Source: Trichosphaerium sp. ATCC 40318 (Eukaryota; Protista; Tubulinea). Taken from it: a DNA stretch of 64,000 bases. Under the pieces are notes generated by a model that made no database searches, was not told where the DNA came from, and saw only the letters and a list, made by a program, of their open reading frames with translations. Position numbers and translations under genes: made by a program. The DNA is taken from the NCBI GenBank assembly GCA_038496445.1, contig JALMLS010000466.1, forward strand, positions 558,001 through 622,000. Reading direction: 5' to 3'. Positions 38,409-52,084 of this stretch are shown piece by piece (position 1 is the first letter of the stretch; every line of letters starts with the position of its first letter).

Positions 38409-40007
38409 ATGAAGCCCATTTTATACTCTATTATATTAACAGTCTTGTTTACCATGCTGGTAACCATGCTAGTGCTCCCTGATGGTAGTACGACGTATGT
38501 ACCGTATTATGCGCAGTAATGTATCTAAACGTCATAGAAATAAGGCGCAGAAGCTAGCAGAAGACTTACAAAGGCGCTTTAGCTATGTAAACGTTAACGC
38601 CAACGTGGTCACCTACCAACAGATTCTAATACCATATTTTGTAAATAACGTACGTTTTTCGGCGTATAAAGTGGTTTTTAAAACTGTCATAGCAAATGAA
38701 GCCTGCACAGGTAATAACGAGGCCTGAACCGCTTCAAGCGCCTATAAACTGTAAGAAAATAGCGTCTGAGGTACCAGCCATTCCTGTTAGCAACCACAAA
38801 CATAACCACTCGCAGATAAAACTTGTCGATTTGGTACTTTTTACAGGCGATCTAGACGCGCTCGAAATACGTCTGAATGAACTGGATGACGTGGTAGACT
38901 TTTTTGTTATAGCAGGCGTACATCACGTGCCAGTATATTCCAACAGCGACCCTAATGATGAAAGAGGTATTGGCGCACTTGGTTTGCTTGATAGGGCAAA
39001 ACAGAGATTTTCTTCATTCCTCTCAAAGATGCATTATATGAGATTAAACAGTAGTTACTCAAACAATGCACAACACAAAGAACTGTCAGTTCAGAAAAAA
39101 GTGAGATTTGATATCATTAATCAGTTTAAACAAGAGTTTGGCCGTAAATTTATAAGTGATGGTGACATTATACTTTATAGTAACGCCAAGCAAGTTCCTG
39201 ATAGTAAATTCCTAAACAGACTTAAGTATTGCAAGTCGGCGAGAGGTACAACACAACAATATAGTTTTTCATAACAGCCACGTTGTTTACGTTTTTCAAC
39301 AGACGAGCTTCCCGTATCACTGGGCTGTATAGTGTATCAGTGTTCATTCGAGTGGATCATAAACCAAGAATCAGATTTACTCAGTCCTATAGTTGTCAAG
39401 GTCGATGCAGGTATAAGATTTGTTTGCTCATTTTTTAGAATGCTGATTAGATATTTTAGTTTCATTTGAGGATTATGAAGATATATTTCACGCTCATAAA
39501 AACTCATGTGCTCAGTTAAATGACTTTGGTAATATTGCTTCTATTATGTATAGCCAAGCACAAACAAATCCTGAGCTATTCATTGAACACACTGACAGTG
39601 TCAACTTGTGGCTAGAGTATAAACGGTATGAATCCTTTTTCTTGCTGAATTACTTACTAGTACGCAAAGGGAACCGCAGAAATTATTTAAAAGCGTTACT
39701 AGAGCACCCCCAAATACCCAAAAAAGTTTCATTCCATGGTTTGCAAAACACAACGCTGCTCGCTTTTCTTCGTTTTTCCCAGTAGCATCTGTGGATGATT
39801 CGAAATATGCTGGATGTTGTAATTGGTAAACCACTTACTAGAGCTACTACCTACTATCATCAGTTTTATCGTCTAAGTCCATGAAAGGTACGTTAGGTAG
39901 TTTCATATTCTTTATTTACGTTTACCACAGGCCGTGATTTCTGGAATCAGGAACAAATGATTCTAAACAGAGCAACTTTAAAAACTACGGCGTTACAAAC
40001 GCGTTAG
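38409..40007 (+). CDS. Glycosyltransferase family 17 (GnT-III-like) type II membrane protein, probably inactive
   Basis: N-terminal TM; DLDALEIRLNELDDVVDFFVI; SDxDEIP motif replaced by SNAKQVP. Confidence 0.75.
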
Positions 40008-40611
40008 AAGCTTTGTTATGGTAACACTGGTACATAGCGCGTTGAATCCCTACCCGCATTTCCGCCCAGTCTAGACCAAAAACTCACACTGTGTATTGTC
40101 TGAAACTCCACTATACTGCAAGTATTTTTGTCATACTTACAGCAACTTTTACGCTCAGTGTTTGCTAATAATGCACCGCAAAATACTCCAACTTTCAATG
40201 TAAATAAAAATCACGTGATTGTAAAATTCCTGCACCAACAACATGCGAAGAAACAATAAAACATAAAGTGGGTGCGTGTGAATATTGTTACATGAGCTAA
40301 TTTTGCCATAGGGTCGATTACGCATTGGCCTTTAGCAAACAATAATATTGGTTGCGGAGCTTTGTTGTAAGAAAATTAAAATGACACTCACTTTTTATTT
40401 CGTATTATTACGTAATTTTCAAATGAATGAAAACTTGCATCTTTTTCGCTAGTTGGGTTTAAACAATATTCGAATCGTTTGTTCTAAAGAAAGAAAAGAC
40501 TGAAGCCTTTTTGTTCCGCCATTACATTGATCTTATTACCGGATTTGACTACACTCACGCCACATCCTTATATTCCATAAAAACTACAACAAAACCGCAA
40601 CACCTCCTGTT

Positions 40612-40899
40612 ATGGATTACTACTTGGGTATCTATGCTTGCTTTTTCGCAACGAATTATCTTGATGGCTTAGCTCGTATGAAAAGATCACGTGAAAAACG
40701 TCGAAGAAACCACATTACATCTCCCAATCCTTATGAAGAGAGGCTAAAAGATTTTAACGAGTTCCAGATAGGCGTATTCAGCAATGTTATCCTCAATTTA
40801 TTCGGAAGCTTGTTATGGCCCTGGCAGATTTTCTGGCGCTCTGCGCCATACATTGCACTGTATTTTGATCCAAGCAATGAAAGCACCAAAATGAAGTGA
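40612..40899 (+). CDS. Intronless 95-aa hypothetical membrane protein
   Basis: Clean ATG-TGA ORF with two hydrophobic segments and an SLLWP motif; AATAAA downstream. Confidence 0.6.
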   Translation: MDYYLGIYACFFATNYLDGLARMKRSREKRRRNHITSPNPYEERLKDFNEFQIGVFSNVILNLFGSLLWPWQIFWRSAPYIALYFDPSNESTKMK

Positions 40900-41477
40900 G
40901 TAGACCATACAATAAAGCGTCCCTTGTAGTAGTTGCCATTACAAATAAATAAAGGAATTTAAAACAACCGACCACTTCCTTGAATCATCACGATAAACAT
41001 TTGTGAAGTGCAAAAGTTAGTCAGGCTTTTTTTTTTTCCTGAAAACAATCGTCATGCTACATCATTTGCAAGGATAGTCCTCCAAACCTTGCCAAACCCT
41101 GTTAAATCCATTACCCCAAGTATGACATTTCTGTAGACTGTGTGGCTTTAGATTTTCTTTCTGGAATTCGGAACAAATGATTCTTCACAGAGCAATTTGC
41201 TACTAGCTACAAAAAGCGCGTTAAAAGCTCCCAGGTTGTAACATTGATACATGTGCTCAATATTATAGCGTCAGATTCGAGTTTCAAGTAACATTTCCGT
41301 CTTGGATGAAGAACTTAAAATAAAACTGTGACAAGTCGTAAACAATCGTATCGTCAATCTAATTCTCATAAAATCAAGTTCTCTGTCCACCACACTATCA
41401 TACCTGCAATCTATTATTGGATTGTACCTTTTCGTAAAGCTATTCCGTAATGAGTTGGTTAAAAGGCGTCGCAGAGC

Positions 41478-44400
41478 ATGTTTCTAATGAGTACGAAACC
41501 ATTGATACGCTTGGTAACGCTTTCTAGCGATTTATTTATTTGGAGACTTGATAATAAACATTCGGACTTTGGAGTATGCCCCAAAGGCGATCATGGGTTG
41601 TTTAGAAGCGGTATGCCTTTTTAGGGTGTTTTTTTAGTGCCTTGTTGTAGTGCAGTACTCTAACCTTGTGTAGAGGATAACTACTTGATATTGAAGGTAA
41701 TATAGCGTAGACTAACAAATATACTCCAAACAGAGAACTTCCTACTATCCACGCGCTAGTGTATGCGTTAATACCCCACTTAGGTTAACTACGCTGATGA
41801 TCAAAGTCGAACATTTGACGTTTACACTTGGGTTGGAAAAGCCGCCAAACAGGAGGTACAGAACGCTCTCAAGCGACAACTACATCAACGCAATAGCTTA
41901 CGAGTCTTTTTAGGCGTTACTAAACAAACGCTGTGACGAATTGGTAGAACATGTAAAAGAGTGCACACGAAACCGTGAGCTTGAAAGAGAAGAATCTAGC
42001 GCATTTAAAGATCTATTTAAATCCATGGCAGGTCTCACTTACGTTGAACCGGTGTCACTGAAAAAACAACGCGGTCTACGCAATGAGGTAACAAGAAAAG
42101 AAGAAATACTGCAAGTTTCTTTGTTTTATTAATTAAGCGAGTTTTGAGTTATTGATAGCTCTAAAAGTGGTAGTATCGTGTCTTTTCGCGTGAGAAGCAT
42201 GATACCTAACGTTTAAATTTGCTGCTTGGAACTTTGAAATTCTTTCCGTTCTTTGTTGTTATATCGCATTCTAACAGTTGTAGGAATATCCTGTACGCTT
42301 GATACAATTGAAAGGTAAACGGTTCATTCGTACTTCAATGGTTGAAGTGAGTTACAAGGTACAAAAATGCAATTACTTCTGACTGTTAGGTTAACCCTCG
42401 TTCGTAGTCGTTGAACTCAGGAGATGTGTTTTTACTAGATACAGACACTATCATTTATAGATGGGACGGAAAAAAATCAAGTAGTAATGAGAAGGTATTA
42501 TTTTCTTTGTAGTTGGAGTTATATTAATATTTCTTGCTCCAGGGTAAAGCTTTAGATCTCACTGTACGCTTAAGAGATGAAAGAATGAATAGACTTCGTA
42601 TGGAAGTCGAAATTATGAAGGAAGGTAGAGAACCTGATGAGTTTTGGGAAGCACTTGGTAAGAGAGCTTGGAAGAAAGTTAATGTAATTTATTATCGATT
42701 AGGAGGAAAAGGAGATATTAAGACACCTGAAGAGGGTGGTGATGATTTAGTTCATGAAAAAGCAGGATTATTAACAGAAACTTTACACCGTATAGGTGTA
42801 GTTGATGGAGAAGTTACAATTACTCCAATAGACACTGAGGTAAACAAATAGCAAAAAAATGAATTTTGAACTAGTTTTTCTCCTTTTTTTCTGCTTCACC
42901 TCCTAACTTATGTTAAGGGCAAACACTTAAATAGACAACACCTTAAATCAGATGCTAGGTACTGGATTTTTTTTCGCAATCAATAAAGGGTTTGTGCTAA
43001 AGGTTTTTTAGTTACTTAGTTGATTGTGGTGCTGAAATATTTGTATGGACAGGACGTACGCCACTGATTAACAATATTAGATTGACCCACTCACGTCTTA
43101 TTTTCTTCAGGTAAATCTCCTGGTAAAGCAAAAATACGTGCTATGGAGTACGCAGAAGAGTTAAAACAAGGAGAAGAAAGACCTGCTTGGACTACTATTA
43201 CAAAATGTACAGAGAGCGTAGAACCAGCTCTATTTAAAACAAAGTTTCAAGGAGCATTTAAAGAATATATTGATACGCCTGGTACGTTAATATTAAACTT
43301 CATCAAGATTTGTTTGAGTCAGCACGTGCTTACTTTTTTTTTTTTTACAGAGGCGTTTAAAAAGCGTGTAAAAAAGACAGCAAATGTTGCTAAGGTCAAC
43401 AAGCAAGTTGTAAATATTGACGCACTTCATCACCCTGAGAAATATGCTGTATGTATACATCATGCTCTTTGACTGATCAACTAATATCTATTAATAGATT
43501 GCAGGAGAACGACTTAATTTTAATGTACCTATGAGGTCATCAGCTGCTGATTCTGAACTTAAAGTTTATTATGTTCTTAAACATAAAACAAAAGAGATAA
43601 GTAAAGAAGACCATGGTGTCTTCTATACTGGTCATTGCTATATTATATGGTATTCTCTTCGTCTTAAAACAGGAGGCAGACGTGCTGTTGTGTACCATTG
43701 GCACGGTAGAGATTCTGGACGTGAAGATACAGGCGCTGCAGCATTACTCGCACAGGTACAGTTGGCTGCTTTCGCGTTTTTTCTTGATCAAGAAAAGGTC
43801 TGGATTTTCGCTCGTTTAACTTAATACTTAGGGTATGGGCAAAAGATCACGCCAAAGAGCAATACTTGTTCGAGTTGAACAGGGTAAAGAGCCTGATCAT
43901 TTGATGGAACACTTTGAGAGTTCTTATTTTGTGCGCAAAGGAAAAGTAGACGCGGAAAAGTATGTTTTGTTGTCCTTAATGTCTTATCGTTTCGTCAATT
44001 AATTACCCATCTAGGCCAGATAAAATGCTTTACCAAATCCGTGGAGATACCACAACGAACACTTATGCCACACAAGTTGACTTGGTACTATCTCAATAAT
44101 TTTTTATTTGGTCTAATAATGATGTTAGCGCTGTTCTGCTCTCAACACCAGCGATATCTTCTTTTTGGAATCAAGTGACAAAAAATATATGTGGACTGGT
44201 AAGCTAGCCAACGATTGTCAGAAATCAATGGCTGAGGCTATTACAAAGAAGCATAGTGATGTATGTGCACACCAAATTTATCTCCTAGAATCGTTCTAAC
44301 CCTGATTTAGAGCGGTAGTGAAGTTGTTCATGTTACAGAATCTAGTGAGCCTGAAGACTTTTGGACTTGCCTTGGTTCAAAAACAGGTTATCTTACCTCA

Positions 44401-45607
44401 CCACGAGCTAGTACGGATCATTTTTTACTATGACCTGAAGTCAAATTTCTAACAACAATGGTAAAGGCAAAAAGAGCAGATTGTTTCAATGTACTGAAGG
44501 TGGAGGTGTTTATAAAGTATTGGAAATATCAAATTTCTCTCAAAACGATCTTAATAATGATGACGTCATGTTACTTGATGCATACTCATGTTTATTCATG
44601 TGGTAAGTTTAAAAATTAGCGTAAAAATATACAACGAACAAACACTCATTTTTTGGAATAAAATAGGATTGGAACAAAAGCATCAGAAAAAGAAAAGAAG
44701 TCCACAGAAGAGCTTTGTCCAAAATACCTAGAAGCAGCAGATGATGGAAGACCTAAAAATTGTCCTATATATATTGTACAACCAGACTATGAGCCTTCTG
44801 CATTTACGTATCCCCACCAAGATTTTTTTAACTTTCCACTTCACTTTTTGGTTGAATTTTTTCGCCCTTGACTTTTAAAGAATGCATTTCTTCGGATGGG
44901 ATTATAATCTATCGCCTGAGGATACACATGATCCTCACACAAGAGAATTAAAACGATTCTATGCTCCTTCAGATATTTCTATACGTATAACAGAAACACA
45001 AGACGACGATGATCGTCTTAGACTAGAACGCGCTAAAAGGCGTAGAGAACGTAGAAGAAGGGGTGAACCTACATCTACTGAGACTACACCAGCTGTACGA
45101 TCAGTTTAAACAGTGCCATAAGCCCAAAGCTTACTCTTTTTTCGTAGACTACTCCAAGAGGAGCAATCACACCAAGAACGCCTAGAACACCACGAACACC
45201 AAGAACACCGAGAACTCCTCGTGATATTAGTAAAATGACACCTAGAGAGGCTAGAAGAGAACAACGTGCTAGAGAACGTGCTAGAGAGGAAAGAGCAAGA
45301 GCAAGACGTGCTCTGAAACGTAAACAGAATGATGGCGTTTGGCGTCCACAAACAGTACGTGTTCTAGCGTTACAACAATGGTTTTTTGTGATTAAGTCTT
45401 TCTGTTTAGTTCCACGACTATACACTTCTCCGACGCGGAGAAAAAGATGCTAGAGTACCTTACCCTGATGGTGTAGACTCTTCTAAATTAGAGGCATACC
45501 TTAGCGATACTCAATTCTTGGAAGTATTGAAGATGGACAAGAAAGCGTTTTATAACCTACCTGCTTGGAAACGAAAGGTAGTTAAAAAGGACCACGGTTT
45601 ATTCTAA
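41478..45607 (+). CDS. Villin/gelsolin-family actin-binding protein with C-terminal headpiece
   Basis: SLNSGDVFLLD, EPDEFWEALG, HGVFYTGHCY, QNDLNNDDVMLLD; headpiece LPDGVDSSKLEAYLSD..LPAWKRKVVKKDHGLF*. Confidence 0.95.
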
Positions 45608-45911
45608 AGAAAACCATAATCCTTTTTGGAACTCCTCCAACTTCCCTCCCTCTGTGTTTGTAAGTTAAACTGTGTGGTCACAAGTAGTGACCTAAAAATA
45701 TATAAATTGTATCTTCTTTGTCCATTGTTCAATGATTTGATTGATAGAGCAATTAACAACCAAGCTCACAAGAATAACTAGACATACGCAGGTTGTGAGA
45801 TAACAAGATAAAATACAGAAGCTGTAGTACTTTTCAACTTGTGTATGTTACAAACTGGAAAGTTGGTGCAAGTAGTACTGTTTTATTTGTTAGTACATTT
45901 ATATTGATTTT

Positions 45912-47141
45912 TTAGTCGCTCATGGGAGTACAACCAGCATATTTACTTTTGAACGTGAATTGTTTCTGCAAGGTCAAATTAAAAACGTGGTTTGTATCCG
46001 CAATTCCTACTATTAGCTGACAAACAAATACAACGCACCAATCAAAAATGTATTTGTGTTCCTTCTGTTTCCATTTTGCTCGCCATGCTGTAAGTATTGC
46101 TGGCTGAATATTCAATGGTTCTAATGTACAAGGACTTGAGCAAGGCTGTATTTGTGCATTGACGAACTTTTCATATATTGTCTTTGAAAGCAAGAGTTGG
46201 TCGTTTATCATTCCTATTCTAAAACCTGTCAGGTCAAAGCTCTATACAAATTTGTACTTTAAAGCAGCCCAAAAGTAGGGAATGGTAGGAACATATTCAT
46301 TACTAGCTTTGAAATCATCACAGCGTATTATTTCCCACGCTTTTGATGGTGTAATCTCTTGTTTAACAACACCAATGATTTGTTCCATATTATCATTAGA
46401 CCCAGAACGTGCCAAATAGTAAACTATATCACGCTTTATCTTCCTTGCAAAATCTTTGTTGTTACTTTGTTGTACGGTTTCAATGAATATCTTAAGATAA
46501 GAGAAGGATAAGACATTGTTAGCAATAACCCTTCCAATACATCTGTTGGCTCCTGCTTGATTTTCGAGTTCTACAAGTTCATTTGCCATGAGTTGACTCC
46601 AGAAAAAAGAAAATGCTGCTATGATTTTCTCATCTAACTTAGCACTTCCGTCCAAAAGATGTTTCCTTAAGTATTCCTGTGCAATAATAACACCACTTGT
46701 CTCGTCAATAGTGCCAAGTGTTCTAAACTCAACAACATTCAAAGAATATTCCCATGAAAAGCAATAAGCGTCATTTGAAATGTGCCCAGCAGTAATACTA
46801 AATATTCCATTAGAGCTTACGAATCTCTGAGAGACTCTTGGTTGTACTTCAAATTAGAGGTTTTAAAGTTGTACAGGCTTACGTACAGATTGTAAACATC
46901 GTATACGCTCTTCAGAAGATATATCGTAGAAACTGTCATAGATTTCGCTTATTGATTTGTTGTAGTGGGTAGCAAGCCATTTAAACCCTTCAGCATATTG
47001 TAAAACAATTAAGTAGTCGTCGTTTGTTTCTCCTCCTTCAATTTGCTCCAATTGAGCTGTTAATACTGTACTGAGTAAAACAAACTCTCGTGGTATCTCT
47101 GTAACAATTGAATCGGTTCTCCCAAGCCTTGCTTTTAACAT
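45912..47141 (-). CDS. Hypothetical protein, helical, spliced
   Basis: Three collinear minus-strand ORFs (46863-47141, 46242-46742, 45912-46211); no family recognised. Confidence 0.55.
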
Positions 47142-47250
47142 TTCGCAAACTTGGAATAATCCTATTTACAAATCACATTAGTCAAGACTCTTCTTAGTTT
47201 TAATTTGGAGTACTGGCAGTAAAACCCCTTAACCCTTCTCGTAAATATCG

Positions 47251-49298
47251 ATGACGTCTCATAGTACGATATTCTTTAAAATAACGAAGTATTTAACAGA
47301 GGAAATTTAGGAACAAGTATCGTAGTTTTTATTTTAGCTGCAATATGGTTTTACACTGCCACATGTATCCTGGAAATAGACAGCCCTGTAAATATAAAGG
47401 GAACATATAGAGTAGTTGGTCATAAGATAGGTTCTACTAACCAAAATTGGACCAAACGTAACATAACGCTTGTCCGTGATGATTTCCCTGATGTGACTGG
47501 TAAATATTTTAATTTGTTTGTTTTATTATTTTCCAACAACTTGTTAGGTAAGGCCGTTATCATTAACAGCGAAATAAAAGACTTTGAAGATAAGTATGTA
47601 GATGATTTTTTATGAATAAGTTATAAAACACTGATTTCTCCTTTACATTTGAAAAAAACAAAACCAGTCAGGGCAAACTTGTTTCATTTAACAATCACGG
47701 ATAATTTTTGTTAATTTTCCGCGTTCCGCACGCTGCTTATATTACAATTTTTAGAGCTTTTGATCTCCAAGAGAAGGGTGCTGTGCTTATTTTACACTCC
47801 ATAAAGAGAGACAGCGTAAACTTAGGTTCACATTTCTTTCATACAAAAGTAGTTTGACCTTACTTTGTCTAAGGTATCGTATCTTATCTTTTACGGCATC
47901 CTCACAAGAGCAAGCGCATGAACATCCCATTTGTAACGACATATGCAAAGGATTTGTTTGTTCTAAACTACTCTGAAGTAGCCTATGGAACGATTTACCC
48001 AGGTACTTATCCATCAAAAAATCACGTGATAAAAATCCAACTTAACGTTGTATCCAGATTCCAACTCATATTATAATCTATTAAATCATTGGGCGTATTA
48101 TCTTATTATTTTCTTACTTATATCATACACATTATTCTGCTTTATCGTTGCTGTTTGTATTCTATATCATCACTTTCAGATACGATCCAAGAATAGTAAA
48201 ATTGTGACAATACCTATTGTCTGTTTGGTGTTTGAAGCAATTGCCAATTTGTGTTCGTAGAATCTTTACTCACAGTCTTCCCTAACTCCTTGTAGTGCGT
48301 GTTATATTACTTTTAGATCCTTTTCAAGGGTTGCGCTTATACTCGTGGCTAGCTTCACAGTTTTTAACATCAGCATCATTACCATTCTCGCTAGGAAGCG
48401 CTCTATTGGTGGCTATGTACTGGTACGTACAAACAGTATTATTCAACAAAAAATATTACTTATCCTTGTCGCTATCAAAATGTTGTTTGTGTATACGTTA
48501 ACAAGCTGTTTGATTTTTGTTGTTTTAACTCATGAAGTAAAATAGGCACGAATCAATCCGAAACAAAGCCATCAAAGTTGAACCTTTCTTACACAAGACA
48601 AAGATTACTTTTATATGTATTACAGCTTCCCTGTTTTTATTCTATATTCTCTCTGGTATTTCTAGAGGATTACAAAATGTCGATGGCGTTGTTACAAATG
48701 CCCTGAGCAACCTTTTTTGGGTACATTTGTTTTTTGTTTTTATCAATAACGGTCTAATCATTTCACCTATTCTAGGTAGTAATACTTATCTCCGTCACTA
48801 TAATTTCTGTTTATGGGTTTATAGTATGCCGTGCTTTGATATCATATAGTAGAGGTACATCTATAAAAACGCGTAGATTGAACATGGTACACAAGTTGTT
48901 TCACTTCTTGTTTTTTTTAACTAGTACTTTATAGATGAGATTGCGACTTAATACTTTCTGTGCCCTCCAAATTTTGTTGTTAATTACCATGATTGGACTC
49001 GCATTTGTCATAAGTACTTACTTAACAATCAACGTTGAATTCTAACTCTTGTGGTAAAGGTTTCGGTGCTGATGCTATTTTATTTGCTTCAGTGATGTTG
49101 GTATACATAGTTCTCCTTGATACACTTTCCCTTGTTCAGAGTATTCCTCTGTGGGTCGCAAATAGACGCAAGATTACTGGTAGAAATACAAGTGGTGGTA
49201 TAATCACTAGTCCTAGTACAGATCTTGGTGTACTCGCCACAAATTCCACAATTGAAACTCCCAAAGACAGAGTGATTAACAGCAAAGAGAAATCTTAG
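47251..49298 (+). CDS. Signal peptide + PA-like domain + multi-pass (GPCR-like) membrane protein
   Basis: AFDLQEKGAVLIL..MNIPFV (PA-like), then about 7 hydrophobic segments including RVILLLDPF and LLVAMYWHE; start uncertain. Confidence 0.65.
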
Positions 49299-49378
49299 AA
49301 CAATGTAAAATTAGCTTTGACCTCCGTGTACTATAAAAAACAACATTACTTTATTTAGTATTTACAATTGGAAGTTTG

Positions 49379-49993
49379 TTAATCAAGGGAGATGATATTC
49401 GTAGTTGGAGGAGCTGTTGTAGCACCTTTACCGCCCAACTTGAAACCAATTTGTTCTTGCGTTACAACAAACCCTTTTTCTTGGTATTTGTGGGCAACAT
49501 CAACATGCGTAAATACATTATCGAGTGTTGCTGGTTTGTATTTAATGTACACGTGAAGTCTAGGTCTATGCGATTTACTGCTTGTACGGAGTCTAATGTC
49601 AAACTCTGCTTCAAAACGTTTTGTTGTATCCCCAAATTGTTCAATGTCCAGGCATGCCTTGGCTACTGTTTGGTTCATTCTTCTTCTCCTTACTTTGAAT
49701 ACAACAAATAGAGGTACTCCCTCCGTGTGATCTACCCTCATTGTAACCAAAGGAGCATTCCACGCAACAAAAGAGTTGGAAACGAGTCTATCGTATGGTG
49801 TATGTGCTTTGGTTGATTTGAACTTTCTCGAAGGAGCCCATAAGTACGCCTCTACCTTGTATGCTTTTGCGCTTGATCTAAAGTTCGTGGCTCTTTCAAT
49901 TCGCATGTTCAAAAATCCAGACGAAGTAGTAGCTGTAGGTGTAGTTATAAAGTCTTCGATATGGTGTAGCTTGTGGAACCGTTGTTTATACAT
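49379..49993 (-). CDS. C2-domain-like protein, intronless
   Basis: GFLNMRIERATNF..FKSTK..VAWN..LFVVFKVRRRRMNQTVAKACLDI beta-sandwich pattern; lacks acidic Ca-binding loops. Confidence 0.55.
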   Translation of the reverse strand: MYKQRFHKLHHIEDFITTPTATTSSGFLNMRIERATNFRSSAKAYKVEAYLWAPSRKFKSTKAHTPYDRLVSNSFVAWNAPLVTMRVDHTEGVPLFVVFKVRRRRMNQTVAKACLDIEQFGDTTKRFEAEFDIRLRTSSKSHRPRLHVYIKYKPATLDNVFTHVDVAHKYQEKGFVVTQEQIGFKLGGKGATTAPPTTNIISLD

Positions 49994-50589
49994 TGTTTGT
50001 TGTGATTGTATGAAAGGGAATGAAATGGAAATGTTTGGAAAGAGACTACAAGTGAACAAAAAAAAACTCCGATTGTGTGTACCTCGAAGCAACCCGAATG
50101 ACAATACTCATAGATTGTGTTTAGACAAGCTGATTTTTTAAGAGCTCCGCACGTGATTCTCTTAAACCCAAAACTACCAATCACAGAAATCACAAACTAC
50201 CAAAAACCTTCAACTACAAATACTTATCCAATGCAAATAGCACGTGAATTCTCCTGATTAAAAGTAGTCTAATTTAAAATAACGGACGTACCATATACTT
50301 CAGCAACCAGTTGTCAATAACCCAAAGAGAGGTGATTGAATCTTTAAAACCTTACTGCTGCTATCTAGTTAGGTACATCAAACACTGAGTGCAACCAGAC
50401 GAGAAATAGAACCGCAAAATCCAGTTCTTCAATGAAACAGGGAGCGTACCAAATACTCAACAATGCGAACCACTTGTAGACACTCGGTCGTTACTTAATT
50501 AGAGCCTCAGGAATAGTCCTGAACTAGTCAAACGAGTCAACGTGTAGAAAACAACGACTACTTTTTTTGAACTGACTTTTTTTTGTGGA

Positions 50590-51814
50590 ATGTCAAAAAC
50601 GCGCGGCAATAAATCAAAGAAACGAAAGGCGAATGAGCCAATACATAAAGAAAGCGTAAAGAGAAGGCGTCAAAGCATAACAAAGAAGCTTAGACGAGAA
50701 ATAAATGATTTAACTGATGAGGGGTTTATAGCTCTTGAGAAGGATCCTGAAACTGATTGGCTGCCTGTCACACAAAATACACGCTCTTACATTGAACAAT
50801 TGTTTGATGACGCTGTAAAGTATATACATACACGTAATATTCATCTAATCGCGTAATAGAACAGTTGTAGAGCGTGTACCACAAAAACGCCGCGAAAAAG
50901 TACTAGCCGCTTTCTCAACAACAAAAACCACGTAAATACGCGTAAAAACTACTCTTCTAACCGTTAATAAATAGAATAAGAGAGAAAGCGCAAGAAATGC
51001 TTTGTCCAAGAGCTAAGCACGCGTTTGACTACACTCGCATGGCTGATGCCAATGTAAGTACAAAAATAAACGCAAAACTACAAACAACTAAACCAAACAA
51101 CAAGGTTCATCTGGTAGATACAATAGCACAAGAAGAAGCGATTGTAGAGTCTCTTAAAGAAGAACTTCGATGTCAAAATGAGTATTGACATTTTAACCTT
51201 GTAAGAGTCATGGGTTGACTGTACTCTGTTTAGGGACTGTGATAAAGAAGAAGCTACGTTACAAGAGTTTAAAGAATCACGTCAAAGGTCCGACGTCCAC
51301 CAACAAAGGTTACACAAGAAGCACGTGCGTAAAGGAATTGAAAGGTTTTTTTTTATTTTGAATTATTTTTCGGTACTAACTTTGCTTCATCTAAAGCTTA
51401 ATCCATTGCTCATACAAGAACCTGAGAGTAAAGATATGGTTTTTAAAGATGCATTAGAGTTATCTTCAACTGTTTATAAAAAAGATGAGATTGCAGAGTA
51501 TGATGTGCGTGCACGTTCTATGTTTACTAATAATCCGTTTGCTTGAGTTTTATTGATTTGGTTTTAGTTTTCTAAGGAGAGTGACGATCTCAAAGCCCTT
51601 AAAGATTCAATATGTGATAAAATGACAACAATACTACAACACTACTTTGACCCACGTGTTGATAGAATACTAGAAGCAGTATGAACTTAGAAATTTGGTT
51701 TTTTTTGAAAAAGTTCATTTTACCAAATACCATTAGGTTTCTGAGGTTAAAGATACATTGACTGATATTGCTGGACCAGCTAAAACAGCTGAAGCATACT
51801 TTGGACCCCTCTAG
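50590..51814 (+). CDS. CENP-Q/Okp1-like inner kinetochore protein
   Basis: Basic N-terminus, WLPVTQNTRSYIEQLFDDAV..RREKV..MLCP..FDYTRMADAN, then coiled coil; resembles the CENP-Q pattern. Confidence 0.55.
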
Positions 51815-52084
51815 ATTAGATCCACGTGAATTTTATTAGCGAAAAAACTCGATCTCTTGTACAATATAAGCCCACCACAAAAATAGATTCACTGAGTTGG
51901 GTTACAACTTGCACTTTGTAGTTTTGTAAATCAACACAACTGTAGAAAACGTTTCACGTGGTGTACTGCAACTAGGTATCTGAGCGTAGGAACTGTATCT
52001 AAGTACACTTGAAACAAATCTGACTTGATCAACATGGTCTTTTGTGTTCTGTACAGTATCATTGAAAACATATAGCTATACGAC

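Noticed and set aside
47787-48017. Minus-strand ORF with CSCACSC
   Set aside because: Antisense shadow of the PA-like exons on the plus strand
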